The notes under the pieces are model-generated. The model had not been told where the DNA came from. It saw only the letters and a list, made by a program, of their open reading frames with translations, and did no database searches. A stretch of DNA of 63,792 nucleotides, filler included, from Choristocarpus tenellus KU-1152 (taxonomy: Eukaryota > Protista > Phaeophyceae): the NCBI GenBank assembly GCA_964200185.2. It is 14 parts of 14 records of this genome, joined end to end, with 100 filler letters (N's around TTAATTAATTAA, not from the genome) between each part and the next. Parts side by side here need not be neighbours in the genome. Positions count along the whole stretch, not along the records: positions 24,673 to 29,440 come from CAXNAD020013137.1; positions 29,541 to 32,339 come from CAXNAD020024651.1; positions 32,440 to 40,088 come from CAXNAD020005815.1; 11 more parts are not named here. One strand, written 5' to 3'. Both the position numbers and the translations under genes were made by a program. Each line of letters opens with the position of its first letter. The stretch's first letter is position 1. This document shows, piece after piece, positions 24,764 through 37,980 of this stretch.

Positions 24764-25326
24764 CTCATAGCCTGAAAAATCTCCCTCAAGAGTGTTGCCC
24801 GTGGCTGCTCGCCCAAATCCCTCCTCTCAGCATGTGATTCATTGAGTCCACAACCAACAGTAAACACTGGTGCCCCAGAAGCCTCACTGTCGTCTCTTTC
24901 TACCCTGTACTGAGCTTCCCTCAGAGTCCGAGCATTATGAAAGAAGCGACGGAGCATGGCCCTTCGTCTTAGTTGAGCGATTGCTTCATCGGAAGGATGG
25001 TTAACTCTGCCCACTGCCCTACCACGTCTTTCTTCCTCTTGTGCAGGAGCTATATTCCTCGCTAATGAGACAATGCCACCCGAACCCCCAATCCTATCAG
25101 TGCTTCCCGTCGACCGAAGTTCATGGTCATAAATGGTAGACTCTCGATTCCTAGACATGTCATGGAAAAATCTCTTAAGTTTAGCCCTACGATACATATC
25201 CTCCACAAGGGCAAGTCTAGTTCTTGTGCGGCGGTCCATTCCATGCTCCCTCGCTAGTGCTGCAAATAGAATTCTCTTCTGAGATCGATTTTCAATAGGT
25301 GACAAAACAAGAGAGGTAAGCCTCAA
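24764..25326 (-). CDS. Exon of an unknown Arg-rich protein with three internal repeats
   Basis: 188-codon ORF ending at a GAG|GTGAAT donor; repeats RRAKLKRFFHD, RRAMLRRFFHN, PRATLLREIFQA. Confidence 0.55.
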
Positions 25327-26296
25327 AGTACAACTTCTTGAAGGGTGGTTGGAGGAATGTGGAGTCGTTATGGTGGAGCCAAATCCAAGAGAGTTGCAAC
25401 TCCAGGAAAGAATCCTTACATTTTGAAAAGTACATCGAAATGCTCCGAGTACACCTGGAACATAAGTATTGTGTTCCCACTTGGGTGTGTCAATATACTT
25501 TGATTAACCGCCTGACCATTGTACTAAACTGGAGCTACGTGGTACGAACAAAAAAGTGTGTAGCACAACACGGACTAGATTTACAAGGTTGTGAGTCAGC
25601 CCGTAGGACTCGGAAAGGATCCCAGCTCACCTTCATACTAGATCGGCGATATCTTAAGCTTTGGTTTCCAAGATGCACGAGAATTGATGCTAGTTGACTC
25701 GACATGACAAAAAGTTGTGAACCTGGAAAACACCCTGATCTGGATGTGTGAGAGCGAATTGCCTTCCAAGTACTGGTATTGAACACGATTTGCGTTTCGC
25801 CGTTTCAAATTTCAAGAATCGACTAGGGAGCCAATCATACTTTTAGACAACCTCTACGTGTACTCTTGTGAGACAAACAAACGATAATGCTACTCTTGTC
25901 GTTGCTGTGATATGTTTAGCTAGTGCACTCCGAGCTTACATCGGCACCTTTTGAGGAGTAAAACCGCCGTTGTGTCCATGGCAGCAAGCGTACTTAGCCT
26001 TGGTTCTGTAATTACCCACCCCGGACACCACACTGCGGGGGACTTTTCAGTATCGACAAACAGATCAAGACCAGGGACTTGCTGTAATCGTGAGCCGCTG
26101 GTTGGTAATACATTATGCTTCAAGGTCCGTGACTAAAACCCCAAAGGCCACTTCAAGTAGCTGGCTCCGTGAGCTAGTCTTTAGGGACTTCATGGGTCAA
26201 ACTCTGTCCTACTCGAGTCTGTTATGTAGCCAAGCACTCTCATTTCCCCTGATCTACACCTGGCTCCCTGGCAATCATGCATGTGAAACACTCTTC

Positions 26297-27539
26297 ATGG
26301 GGATGTCCCTTCGAAAAAAGGCCAACATCGAACGGACAAAGGTTCTGCACGAAGCTCGACTCTCCTCAATAAAAGGATACCTACGCCTAAGCAGCCCAGT
26401 TCGTCTGTCCTTCATCGACAAGCGTATCTCGAAGAATTTTCACCATAGGCGGCAGCAGGAGCAAGTAGCTCATGAGAACCTAAAGATTCTCCGTGCTCTG
26501 GAGGAGATCCATTTTCGATCGGAATCGCAGATTGGGGGTGGGCTTGGGCTACCAGGACGGCTAAGCAAGACAAGAAGTTCCTCGTCTGGGAGTGGTGTCG
26601 ATGGGAACAAAATGGTGTTAGCGAAATTGAATGGCCTAATGGCAAGGAAGAGAGACTTAGAGGCGATTCGTATAGCACGGGAAAACCACAAGATGGCAGA
26701 GGTAAGCAGATGGACAGAATGCTATTTTTTAAATGCACTCAACCTATTTTCCTCTTGTTTGCGTTGCCCTGTCCTAGCAACATCATCACATATCTCTTGC
26801 CCTTTTCTCTTGCCAGTCACAGCATCAGATTCCTCATTGAGTCCTTGGCTCATCCTAGTCTCCTCTTGTGGCCCCTGCTACCCGCCCTCCTCCCTCTGAC
26901 ATGATTTCCCTTTCCCATGACTGATGGTGAAACCACAGCGTATGACCCAATCTAGATCTGTGTATTCTGCTGCAGGCATGCGTAAGCATCGCCTCAAGCA
27001 ACGGAAGCTGATCCGCCTTCGAAAGACAGATTACACAGCAGGGCACCTTCTCTGTTCCTCATCAGGGTCTTCTTTGACATCAAAAAAGCGATGCCGAAGA
27101 GGTGCAAATGTCCATGGTGAAGGCTGTTCCCAAAGCTCGGACAGTCAAATAACTCAGCAGAGGACAATCTGTTCCTCTGGCAAGGGTAGGAGTCGTTGGT
27201 GCACTGTTACCACAGGTTCACATGATGCTGATTGCAAAGATTTTCCGTGCACAAAAAGAACAAACTCCAAGCTGGAGTCTTTGGCAAGGCATCATTTGTA
27301 TTCTGATGATAAAGATTTGCCTTCAAACCTAGCCAACGTAAATCTATGGCAATCAATGAGCGACTTTCCCAAGAGTTGCCCACTTCCTCGTACAGAGGGG
27401 GGGAAATGTGGAGTAACAGATAATAAAAGCAAGGGGAAGGAGGACACACATAGAACCAAGTCACTCCTCAGGGGGGTAAGCATGAACGCCTTGGCCAAGC
27501 CAGAGAAGATTAATGAAGACTCCTTACAGACAATTGCAG
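26297..27539 (+). CDS. CFAP97/Hemingway-domain protein (CFAP97D1-like), exons 26297-26701 and 26939-27539; gene probably continues towards ~29337
   Basis: HEARLSSIK, RQQEQVAHENLKILRALEEI and RIARENHKMAE|RMTQSRSVYS match the repeated RI.xEN..L..RL pattern of the family. Donors GAG|GTAAGC and CAG|GTGAGT. Confidence 0.7.
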
Positions 27540-28189
27540 GTGAGTAACACTAGGTTAGTGGTGGGATCACACTAGCAGCAGGCTGGAATCAACACCAACA
27601 TGATGGGAGAAACAAGTTGGTCACCACTCCTGATTTGCGCAATTGTCAACATATATATGCCCTGAGTGCACCAGCAGAGACAGGTGCCTCTGGTGCTAAA
27701 ACAAAGACGGATGTAGGTGGGACCTACTGTTTAATGTCCAGCAACATCGACCAATTCAATCCCTTGGCCTTCCCAAATGAGGAGGACCAGGTACGAGTGT
27801 TGATCCAGGCAACGAAGCCACTAGAGGTGAGAAGACACGCATTCGCAGCTTTCTAGGAATGCCTACTCCAGCATATTGAGGCATACAGTATGTACCAAGG
27901 AAATAAAAATAGAATGAGTGCAGAGATCTAATGGGGTACAGGTTGCCAGAAGGTAGACGTCACTTGCAGGCGAAATTCAGCCCTAGACAATCTTCCAGAT
28001 TTGCCTTCATCAGGAGTGCACGAATCCTGTGGCATTTCACTGTTGGGGGCTGACGTTGTGTTGTTCTAATGTGCGGGTTTTTTGTTGGGTTCCTGTGCGT
28101 AGTCGAGGACTCATCTTCTGGCCCAAAGTTTTAAGAGGGTAGGAGTTTGCCCTTTTTTTGTTTTTTGTGTGAACACAATTACTTCAAAA

Positions 28190-28332
28190 TGTGTGTAACT
28201 ATGAAAGGTGTGTCTGGAGCAAGGATATTGACAAATGCTAACAAGAACAATAGCCAAAACTATATCAAATATCAACATTGGACATTTGGACCCCAAACAG
28301 ACGCGGCCCTACCCTCTTAAATGCTTTGACTC
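28190..28332. mobile_element. MITE family A, partial
   Basis: ATGAAAGGTGTGTCTGG...CAACATTGGA...CTACCCTCTTAAATGCTTTGACTC. Confidence 0.75.
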
Positions 28333-28684
28333 TGTGCCTTGATATCTACAGCTGACTTCACTTGCATCACTTCTTGAGAATGTACTCCTCCCAATACCAC
28401 AATGTGCCTGAACTAGGTGCTCAACAAGGCAGGAGAATTATGGATGTGTTTCATTCGGATCTTTAGTCGGGTGCCATTTGATGGGATGCTGGAAATTCGA
28501 ATCATACATGACCAGGAAGAGGTGAATGTCTAACTAATTTCTGCTATGTGTGATTGCCGCTCATGTGTTTTGTCTTTTGTTATATGAAAGAGGAGGTATT
28601 ACATTGCTTACCAGTGAGGATACAAGTAAGAGTGAGGCCGTATCAACTCCAACTCTCCAGATTACCTCTGCATTTTGTTATCAA

Positions 28685-28942
28685 GAGTGAAAGTACCTTA
28701 GAGGGTACGAATTTCGCCCTGTTTGTCTATTTATGGCTTAGCTTCCCATGTTTTTTTTATTACATTTTCCTACTCCGAAATGTTTCAGAGTAGGTACAAT
28801 GTGTACGTTGTGAAAAGGTGTGTCGGGAAGATGAATATTGACTCTTCCTAACAAACACGATAGCCAAAATTGCATCAAAATCGCAACATTGGATTTTGGC
28901 CCCCAAACGGACGTAGCTCTACCCTCTAAGATACGTTGACTC
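28685..28942. mobile_element. MITE family A with CAA TSD
   Basis: caa-GAGTGAAAG...GTTGACTC-caa. Confidence 0.92.
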
Positions 28943-29739
28943 CAAGCTTGGTCGGGAAAATATATCAAAGGTAGAGAAGCTGTCTCCCCATATGACTAGT
29001 CTATTTCTGTACTGCTTGTATTACTTGTTTCTTTCAGTTTTAAACCATTAGCAACTTCAGTGGCGCTGGCTCGTCGAGCACATTGGGCACAAGCAGTGAG
29101 AGCATGCCTTCTCTCCTCTGGCAGGTTTGCTGCAAAGTCATCACCCAGGCAGAGGCTGAATCGATATGTAATGCTGGGGGGAATGCATGGCACTGCAACA
29201 TACTTGATGATGCCTGGGGGGACTCATGGTTACAAGATGTAAGCGGCAAAGATCCTCAGAAGTGCGCTGGAGAAGAAGATGCCAATCTTCCCAAGCGATT
29301 AAGAGCATTGTTCAGAAAGGCCGATGAAGAAAATAAGGTCAGGATGCGGGAGTCAGGAAAGATGTGGTCGGTGGACTTACTGGGTTGGGGTTTGGCATTC
29401 AAAGTATGCAGCAAAGACCCAAAGTATCTGGGAGGGGGGGNNNNNNNNNNNNNNNNNNNNNNNNNNNNNNNNNNNNNNNNNNNNTTAATTAATTAANNNN
29501 NNNNNNNNNNNNNNNNNNNNNNNNNNNNNNNNNNNNNNNNCCGTGGGGGTTTGGGGGGTCCTCAGTGGGGTGCAGGTATACATACACCTTGCCCATCTTT
29601 GAGGATGTAAAACCATTTCTTGACCGCATGTACCCAGTCATACAGATCATCGACGAATACCTCACTTCCCTCCCTCCTGTGCGTGTGGCTGATGATGAAA
29701 CCCGCCCTGTTGACTTTCTGCTGGTCTGAGAGGACTGAC

Positions 29740-29920
29740 TTAATCCACTGCTTGACATTCTTCATATCCTTGAGCTTGCACAAATCCCACAATAATGCAA
29801 GGGAGAGCCCAGTTCTTAGCTGCCCATTTGCAGAAGGATGTGTGGTGTACCGATGGGACATCCCAAGTCGAGGATACTTATGTGGCAACCACATTGCCCC
29901 TTGCAACATCGCACAAGGTC
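29740..29920 (-). pseudogene. Possible hAT transposase C-terminal dimerisation-domain relic
   Basis: MWLPHKYPRLGMSHRYTTHPSANGQLRTGLS loosely resembles W..H..YP.L..A..L..P.S....ER.FS. Confidence 0.3.
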
Positions 29921-31816
29921 TATGCATTGACCTCATGCGATCTGGCTGCCATACTCCTTCAAATGATGGAACACGGTGATTCAGGAAATTCCCAAGTCCT
30001 CCGCGACAGCCACCACCGCCTCCCAAGGCATCCAAGTATCGCAACCTCTCACCTCCAGGCATCACGCCATCACGCTGTCCTTTGTCGGGGTGTTTGAGAC
30101 GTGATCCCCGACAGACTTCTGGGCCGAAGAATTGGGACGAACGGATGACGACTGGATGAGTGAGCCACTTGAACGACGGGGTACCTTCATCCTAGGCATC
30201 CCAATAAACACGGGCTTTGGCAGTTTCACAAGGTTTTTCAACCCCATCAAGTGTGACTTGGTCGAGTTTGCACTGGTGATTCTCCACGGTCATGACAGCT
30301 CACCACCTCAAGCTTTGCACGCCTCTCAATCTATATGAGAGCTAAGCCCCATCCAGAGGGCTCATCTTGTTGGTCATTCCCAGGCAGAACGGAGCTTTCA
30401 AAAGTTATGTTACGTTTAGTTCCGAACGGAGGAAGTATGTAAGACTAAAATTACTCAATGGCTACTTAGTTGGACTTTATCAGCTCAAAGGGGCAGTCCT
30501 CTCCCGCCCTGACCAGGGTGCCACATTGGCACAGTGTCTGATTTAGGATACATGCACTACAGCGGTACATTTGGCGGATGGATTTTCTCCTTTACGTCCA
30601 TGCACCAGTTTCCCACCAAATTACTCCACATTGTCCACCCGTATGTGTTTCTTCTCCTGATTATGTTTATTGTCATTACAGTGGTCTTCATCATCATTCG
30701 CTGGTTGATTGGTTGGTGGATTGCGCTAACTAGTTTAACGTTTAATTTAGTGACGCTTGAAAACTTTCTACAGATGCTATCATCAATGGCACCAAAACCA
30801 AGGTCCAATGTCGGCCCTCCATATATTCAGAAAAAGAAACAGGTTGAAATAAAGTGAACATGAAGCCATAAAAAGAGAGAAAAGAAAAGATGGATAAAAA
30901 CTCAAGTACAATATTACAACAGATGGCATATACACCATCGTGAGAGATGCACCCTTGATAATCTCTGTTTATCGTGCCACTTTTTCCTGCTTTATTTGGC
31001 CCCAAAGTTTGCACTAGCATCCGAGAAAAACCCTCATAATCTTCTAGTAGGCTGGTGATGGCGGTTTCCACTTTGTAAATCTGCTGCTGAGTTAACTTGC
31101 TGCAACTGCTTCTATTTGTTTCAAGCACAAGATCATCAACAACCAGCTTGTTGCTCCTTCAAGAGTGGACTGGACAGCACGTCACGTAGAGTTAAGGAGC
31201 GTCCCCACTTCCTCTTGGACTCACTACTGGCAATTGGGTACATGTTATGATTGGTACTCGAGGCTGGGTCAAAGGAATGCGCAGACTCAAACCCAGTCAA
31301 GGACAATTCATCTTTTTCAGGAAATTTAATTTTGATGGACAACATGCCAAGCACAATAGAACATACACATTTGCCTTTCGTTTAGTAGCTAAACCTTAAA
31401 AAGGATATAGAAAGCCTGAATATTGATGATAAGGGTTTGTCATTGCGCCAAGACAAGTACTGTGAAGGATTCGAGTGAGAAGGTCGAGAAACAAGCAGTG
31501 GAATGGCTCAAACCAATACCCCCCCCCAAAACAAGGCACCCATAGAGTAGTGCAATAGTACTGTATTAGAAACAGTTCGGTGTATCTACTCTGACCACAT
31601 GTTGGGGCTTGAAGAGTCAAACCAAATTCCTCCCTATAGTTGACCTCAATATAGATAATAACGAAAAAAATGTCATCCACTCACCCAACAAGGTTTTGCC
31701 ATGCCATCTTAGCACCCAACTCACAGCATTTCTACGTTGAGGAATTTACTCATACCCGTGAACCTCTCCTCAATATCTATTGCTGATTAGAAGATGAGGT
31801 GGTGGTGAGCATTGCT

Positions 31817-32079
31817 GAGTCAAAGTATCTTAGAGGGTAGAGCCGCGTCCATTTGGGGGCCAAAATCCAATGTTGTGATTTCGATGTAATTTTGGCCATC
31901 GTGTTTGCTAGGAAGTGTCAATATCCATGTTCCGGACACACCGTTTCATAACATATACACTTTACCTACTCCTACACATTTTGGAGTAGTAGGGAATTTC
32001 ATAAAAGAACCCATGTGGGAAGTCAAGCCCCAAATGGACAAGCAGGGCAAAACTCGTACCCTCTAGGATATTTTCACTT
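31817..32079. mobile_element. MITE family A with GCT (or TGCT) TSD
   Basis: gct-GAGTCAAAGTATC...TTTTCACTT-gct. Confidence 0.92.
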
Positions 32080-32270
32080 GCTCCATGCTTTGTGTGTCAC
32101 GCTTCACCCCAAACCCTAGAATTATGGTCCGCCCAATGTGGAGTTCTTGGCAATCAAAGGCTCTCCTGATCTTCAAAGCATCCAATTTTCCAATGGCGCA
32201 GTCACCAATCCTGCCCATAAATGAGTCAGCTAAGTCTCCACAGAGAACCCGTTGTATCAAGGCATGTAGT

Positions 32271-32339
32271 GGCTCAAAGTATCTGGGAGGGGGTGTTGGC
32301 TGTCCATTTGGGGTCCATTTTTTCATGTCGCAATTTTTG
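32271..32339. mobile_element. MITE family C terminus (cut by linker)
   Basis: GGCTCAAAGTATCTGGGAGGGGGTG, near-identical to 20135. Confidence 0.8.
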
Positions 32340-35300
32340 NNNNNNNNNNNNNNNNNNNNNNNNNNNNNNNNNNNNNNNNNNNNTTAATTAATTAANNNNN
32401 NNNNNNNNNNNNNNNNNNNNNNNNNNNNNNNNNNNNNNNTTCCCGCACAACGTTCTTTCTCCCCAAATACGCTCCCCCAGCCCCCCCCCCCCCCCCCCCC
32501 CCCCCGGCCCCCACCTCCCTCCCTTCCCCCCTCCTCCACATGCCAACAGAGGCACTGCCTGATGGTTAACATCCATGATTCTAGTGCTTGGGGTCCCTTA
32601 CTTGGTAAATGTAGTGGTAACATCATTATGATAGCAGACATTATCCCCAAGGAGAGTGTTCAGAGTTCACAGCCCACTCTGGTCCGTCTCTCAGAACTCA
32701 AATGTAGATCTCCAATTTGCCAACTATTGATAGAAACGCCTGCCCAAAGAGAGCAACCTGCGCACCTCTCACTACACGGAGCTACAACACAATATATAGA
32801 TATATATATATATTCATACTATCTTGACCATTACTATATCTATTCTTATTCTGAAGATATATCCCACTACCAGGCAGCTTGGGTCATACTACAGTAGCCG
32901 CACATAAGTATTAATTGAAATATAAACATTTTGACTTGGAGTAATGACAACAACCCTCCCATTTTGCTTGCCAAATGAAGTGTTCATTCTGAGAGGAAAG
33001 TAAATCCCATGCATATTCTTTCCCCTCCTCTACTTCCCCCACTGCCTATCTGTTGCCCCCACGTATACTTCTAAACATGTCATATAATGCCCCCCCTCAC
33101 AATTTTGCCACACCAGACTAACAAGAATAATCATTTCTAATTGCAGCATAGCTCTAGTCTCTTTGTCCCATTAACGATATTGCTTTCCCTGGTCTTCTCG
33201 CACCACGCTTCATTAGATTGAATATACAAGGTACGAACGACGTTTTCTTTATGTAGTAAGGGGGTTCCATCCTCAAGGCCTGGTAGTTAAGGTGTATGCT
33301 ACTGGCGTGAATTTCATGGGTTCAAATACCCTTAAAGAAATACAATTTTCCACGAAATCTTGGTTTCGATTTTCCCATCCCACATGACATGCGCAAAAGG
33401 GTTTTTTTTTCGCCATGTACTAATCCCGTCTGCCTCTGTGTTAAAAAAACACCGGATCGAGATTGAGGTGGAAACTTCTAGGTGGGTCCGGCAGAAGATT
33501 CCAGGGTGGGAACAGAGCGACAGCCAGTGGGGAGTGTTGAACCCTACACAGACAGCCAAGTAAGGCAGGGATGGAGTCAGTACTATTAGCCATGGCGCAA
33601 CAGTCCTAAGTTAGTATGAGAAATGGTACAGAGGTAGTGCCTCTGACCACGGCTAGGGATAATCCCCTGACACAAGCAAAGAATAATAATTTTAATAATT
33701 GAAGCAAAAAAAAAGAAAAGCAATGTTCTTGTTGCAAAGGAAAATTTGCAAGAGGAGATAAGAGTTGCCTTTTGTTGGGGGTATGAAGGCCACTTTCTCG
33801 GGCAGTGTTGCCTCACCTCATATGCTGGATGCTTTTGAGATATCAAGTTGGTGTTGACTGGTGGGGAAATGAAACACCCTTCCCCCTTACACTGTGAGTG
33901 TTCAGCTTCACACCTCCATAACAACGTCCTCTAACTCTGCACAAGCAGGTTTTTCATCCGTAGTTTCATCGAAACATGATACTCATAGCGATAATCATCA
34001 TCATGATCGTAACAAAATTAGGAGCAATATTCAATAGTCACAATAATAAAATAATACCTCATTTGAAGTTATCATGCACGCACCACAGCCACAAACACTT
34101 TTCTTCCAGAACCCTGGAGTGCAGCACCAATAGATGCAATAATTGAAATCACCATCTCACTCTTGAAATGAGACAGATGTGAATAGTTCTAGCTGTAGCT
34201 ACTCATCATAAAAAAAAATACAGCTTAAGCCATCTGCTCGCAAATTCCTTACCTTCTCACACTCCTACAAATCGTATCTTGAGGGAGTGCCTTGCAAATC
34301 GAGAAATTGCAAACCTGTTTTTTGTTGGATGTGTTTCTCTTTTAATCAATGATTTGTTAGGGCACCTCCAAGGAAGATTTATCTTTCACATTATTACCAA
34401 ATTCTTATATTCTTGAGTTTGAAGCAGCGTGTAAGGCTACTGATCACATGCACATCCAAATTGCCTACAAAACACTTAGTTAAGTCACAATAGGGAATTT
34501 GAACGCTCCTTATGTTCAAACATTCAACAAACGCTCTCACTCTCTACTTGTATCTCCACTACACAAACCCTGCCCGCATGTCCTCAGCAGCAAATAAACC
34601 CCTGAGACAAATAATCTCTGAACACTATGATACCTTAGTGGTACACCCCTACCAACAGCTCATCCTTCCCCCACAAAAGCCAAGAGTGTGCGCCATCCCC
34701 CCAAAAGTGCGAGATTGATATAATGCTCGACTTCTTGCAGGTAGGACAAAACTTTGCAACTATTTTCTCAAGACTACATATATAGGAAGGAAATTCTTCA
34801 TCAAAAGGAAAACTTGTGTCCTATGCTACATACAAGTGTAGCCAGGGAAAAAAGAAAACAAAGAGTGAACTTCACCAAACACACACCAGGATTCTACAAG
34901 CTATGGACTAGTCACTAAAATTGATTAAAAACAAAACACTAGCATCACACACCAAGTGGTGAAGAAGTGCGGTGTGACAGTCACACCTCTCCAGACCATA
35001 TTCCCTCCAGACTCCACTCTTTGAACTTTTGCAGTTCCGAATTATCTGCCATCAGAAGACAACAAAGATTCTAAAGAATCCTATGTAAAACACTAGAATA
35101 CTCATGTCAATCTTTCCATACACAGTCCTATCACAGGCTGATAAGAAACAATATAACCCCCACATCCTTGCTCGTCTGTGTTCATTGCGCCGTCTAGAAA
35201 CACACCAAGCCATAGTCCCATACCCTAAAAAATCGAGGCTGCCTGGCTGAATGGATGGCGGCAAACGCTCATCTTTCATCCAGATGCCTCAGCAACAAAA

Positions 35301-36210
35301 ATACATGGTGTGATAAAATGTGAAAAATACACCTAGCAGATAGGATAATACGCTTCTTTTCAGACGGAAATTCACGTATGCAAGCTTTCTTAAACACATG
35401 TCTGACAACACAACACTCAAACTCCTATCCTCTTCGCTAGCTCAGACTCCCCTTCAAGAGGGTCCATTCAACACACCAGAGGCAAAGAACTGGCATCAAA
35501 CACAAGGCTTGCATCACATTCCTTTCTCAACATATCAAAAAAACATCCCATTCACCTTTCACTTACCCCTCCTACAGACGCAAATTCACTCAACCCCACC
35601 TCAACTTCACAAAGCAAAAAACTATTCTCGAACACAGAAATTAATAATTCACTTGGATGTAGTAGCTAGCTGACATTCATAACATTAAAATATAGGAGAT
35701 GCCATCCATCGCAAAACACCTACATCAGGACAACACCACTAGACACACAAGCACTATCACACAAAACACTGATTGAACGTACACAACACATGAGAATCTC
35801 AAAGAAATCCAACAGTGACCATGCAAATATCGATCAACATTAGGGGAAAGTCACTGCAACCTACATTGCAAAGGGGAGAGGCAACGCCAACAATACCACA
35901 CAGCATTCACAATGCTTCATTCGAAAGGGTGGGAACCCCAGTTGCTTTGCCTATCAAATTTTCACTTTACTCACCCTACAAACCCATTTATGGGGAGTAG
36001 GTAGGAAAATCGGGTATATGTTGATGACAAGACACCAGGGCAAAAAACAAAGGAGAAACAAAGACAATAGATGAAATTCAATAAGAGGCTTTCCGGAGCA
36101 ATAAATACATGTTTATTACCCAATTTGATCACAAGTCAATCAAAAGTCACCAATCGCCTCCCAACTATGACCCTCTAACCTATCATCCTTGAACAGAATG
36201 GCTATCTCTC

Positions 36211-37980
36211 TCAAAACTCAACATCCATCTCCCCTGAGGGCAAGGAGTCCACCGAAGACTCCACAGAACACACCTCAGTTTCAACCGACTCATCGTCGTC
36301 ATCCCTCTTTCCCCCACATTCAAATGCCTCATCCTGAAAAAGACACATTTGAGCTCCATCTCCACCATGGAGATCAATCTTGGGAATAGTCTCTCCTACT
36401 TGAACCTCTCCCTCACCCGTCCCTGCTTCATGTTCTTCCTCCCCATAGACAAGGTCCACATCATTATTCGCATCGCTAGTTTCATCATTGGTCATCGAAC
36501 CAAGCAATTCCTCCGTTGTATCTTCTGGTTGGTCCTCATCACCCAAAGATAAGGACTCTCCATCATCGAACAGGGCTGTGCGATACTCGCACAGGAGTGT
36601 ATCAAGACGGAACATGCCCTTAAGGAAAGGACGGACGTCTTTCGCCTGGTCTAGATGCCGAATGAGCTGCAGCACACTTGCCAGAGCAGAGTCATTGGGA
36701 TCATCGTAGAAAGATGCTACTAGTATCCCATTTGTGGGCTGACAAATAAACGAAAGCGGGTTGTTATCAACCAGAACAATTCGAGAGAGGTCCCCACACT
36801 CTGCTCCTACAACTGTGAGGTCCTTCAGGAATGCTCCCTTGACCTGATTTAAGATGAAACGACGTACACGGAGGAACGAGGGAGTATTTTTATGTTCTCT
36901 TTTAAACTGATCTGTCAATTATTCACGGTAATGCGAGATGTAAAAGGTTGAGGATGCACCGTTCTCTTGGTGAGGATCGCGTTTTAGGCATGTTTTTTTA
37001 GGTATTCAACGTCGGATAAATAAGGGTTAAGGGTAACAATGGGGACAGGCTATCACTAGCGCAGTTCTCGTAGCAATGAAGATAGTAACACAAAAACAAG
37101 AAGTGTACTTAAGAAAAACTGAAGAGCAAGGAAGTAATCAGAATGATTGACAATGGGTCGCACCTGACGACAACTGTTACGGTAAAGCCGTTGATGGAAA
37201 AGTTCTCCTTTTGGATCAATGTAGTCCAGAACGGGTCCTGCATAGTCTGGCATTGCTGCTGTGAACACAATTGTGTTGTAATCGCGAGCCAAGGCCGCAA
37301 GAAACCCGTCAAGTCCAGGGCGCTTGTTGACCTGAGAGCCGTTGGGTTGGAGGCGGACAATGGTGAGGCTACAAGCGATGAATTGTATGGGAGTTAAGTC
37401 AAGGTGTATCAAGACTGATAAGGGTGTAAATTCTCTGGAGTTTTAGCTTGGTCTACGAGCATTACGAACGAAAAGGACCTTGCTAGTAGTAATATACAGG
37501 AAAAATATCAACGCTCAGTTTCTCACAGCATTATCGGGAATGCTACATGCCATAATGTACATTTGACCCACGTACCTGAGCTGTGTCTCCATCGTCGAGC
37601 GCTACCCAGAAACTGTTGACATCATTGACGTCATCCGGCCGGTCTTCCAACTGGCGGTACGCTTCGGAAGCTGCGCCGGGTCCATGAAACTTGCTGTGTA
37701 GGAGGCATTCATCCATGTCCAAGACCACGGTAAGCCTCCCAGGTTTAAACGCCGCGGTGCGTCCGTGTCGTGCAACCGTGATGACAGGATATCCACTCTC
37801 CCCTGCAGGACCATCCGGTTCCATTTTCAATCCTGACGTTCTTTCTTGTCGCAGATGTCCTCCAACCATCTGGTCGGAACTTTCCACAGGCAGTGATGAC
37901 CCTTGATCAGAGGCATTTTCCCCCGCTTCATATTCACAATGCTGCTCGTAGGGTGTAGGCACCGTTGTTGGTCCTGCCAT
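36211..37980 (-). CDS. FCP1/NIF-domain HAD phosphatase (CTD small phosphatase-like), ~401 aa; exons 37980-37576, 37331-37164, 36843-36211
   Basis: VVLDMDECLLHS, VNKRPGLDGFL, VFTAAMPDYAGPVLDYIDP, RLYRNSC, FLKDL, RIVLVDNNPLSF..QPTNGI, DVRPFL. GT-AG phase-0 introns; acidic C-terminal tail. Confidence 0.93.

Noticed and set aside
32440-36200. Short ORFs downstream of the phosphatase gene
   Set aside because: No recognisable motifs; more likely long 3' UTR or intergenic DNA.
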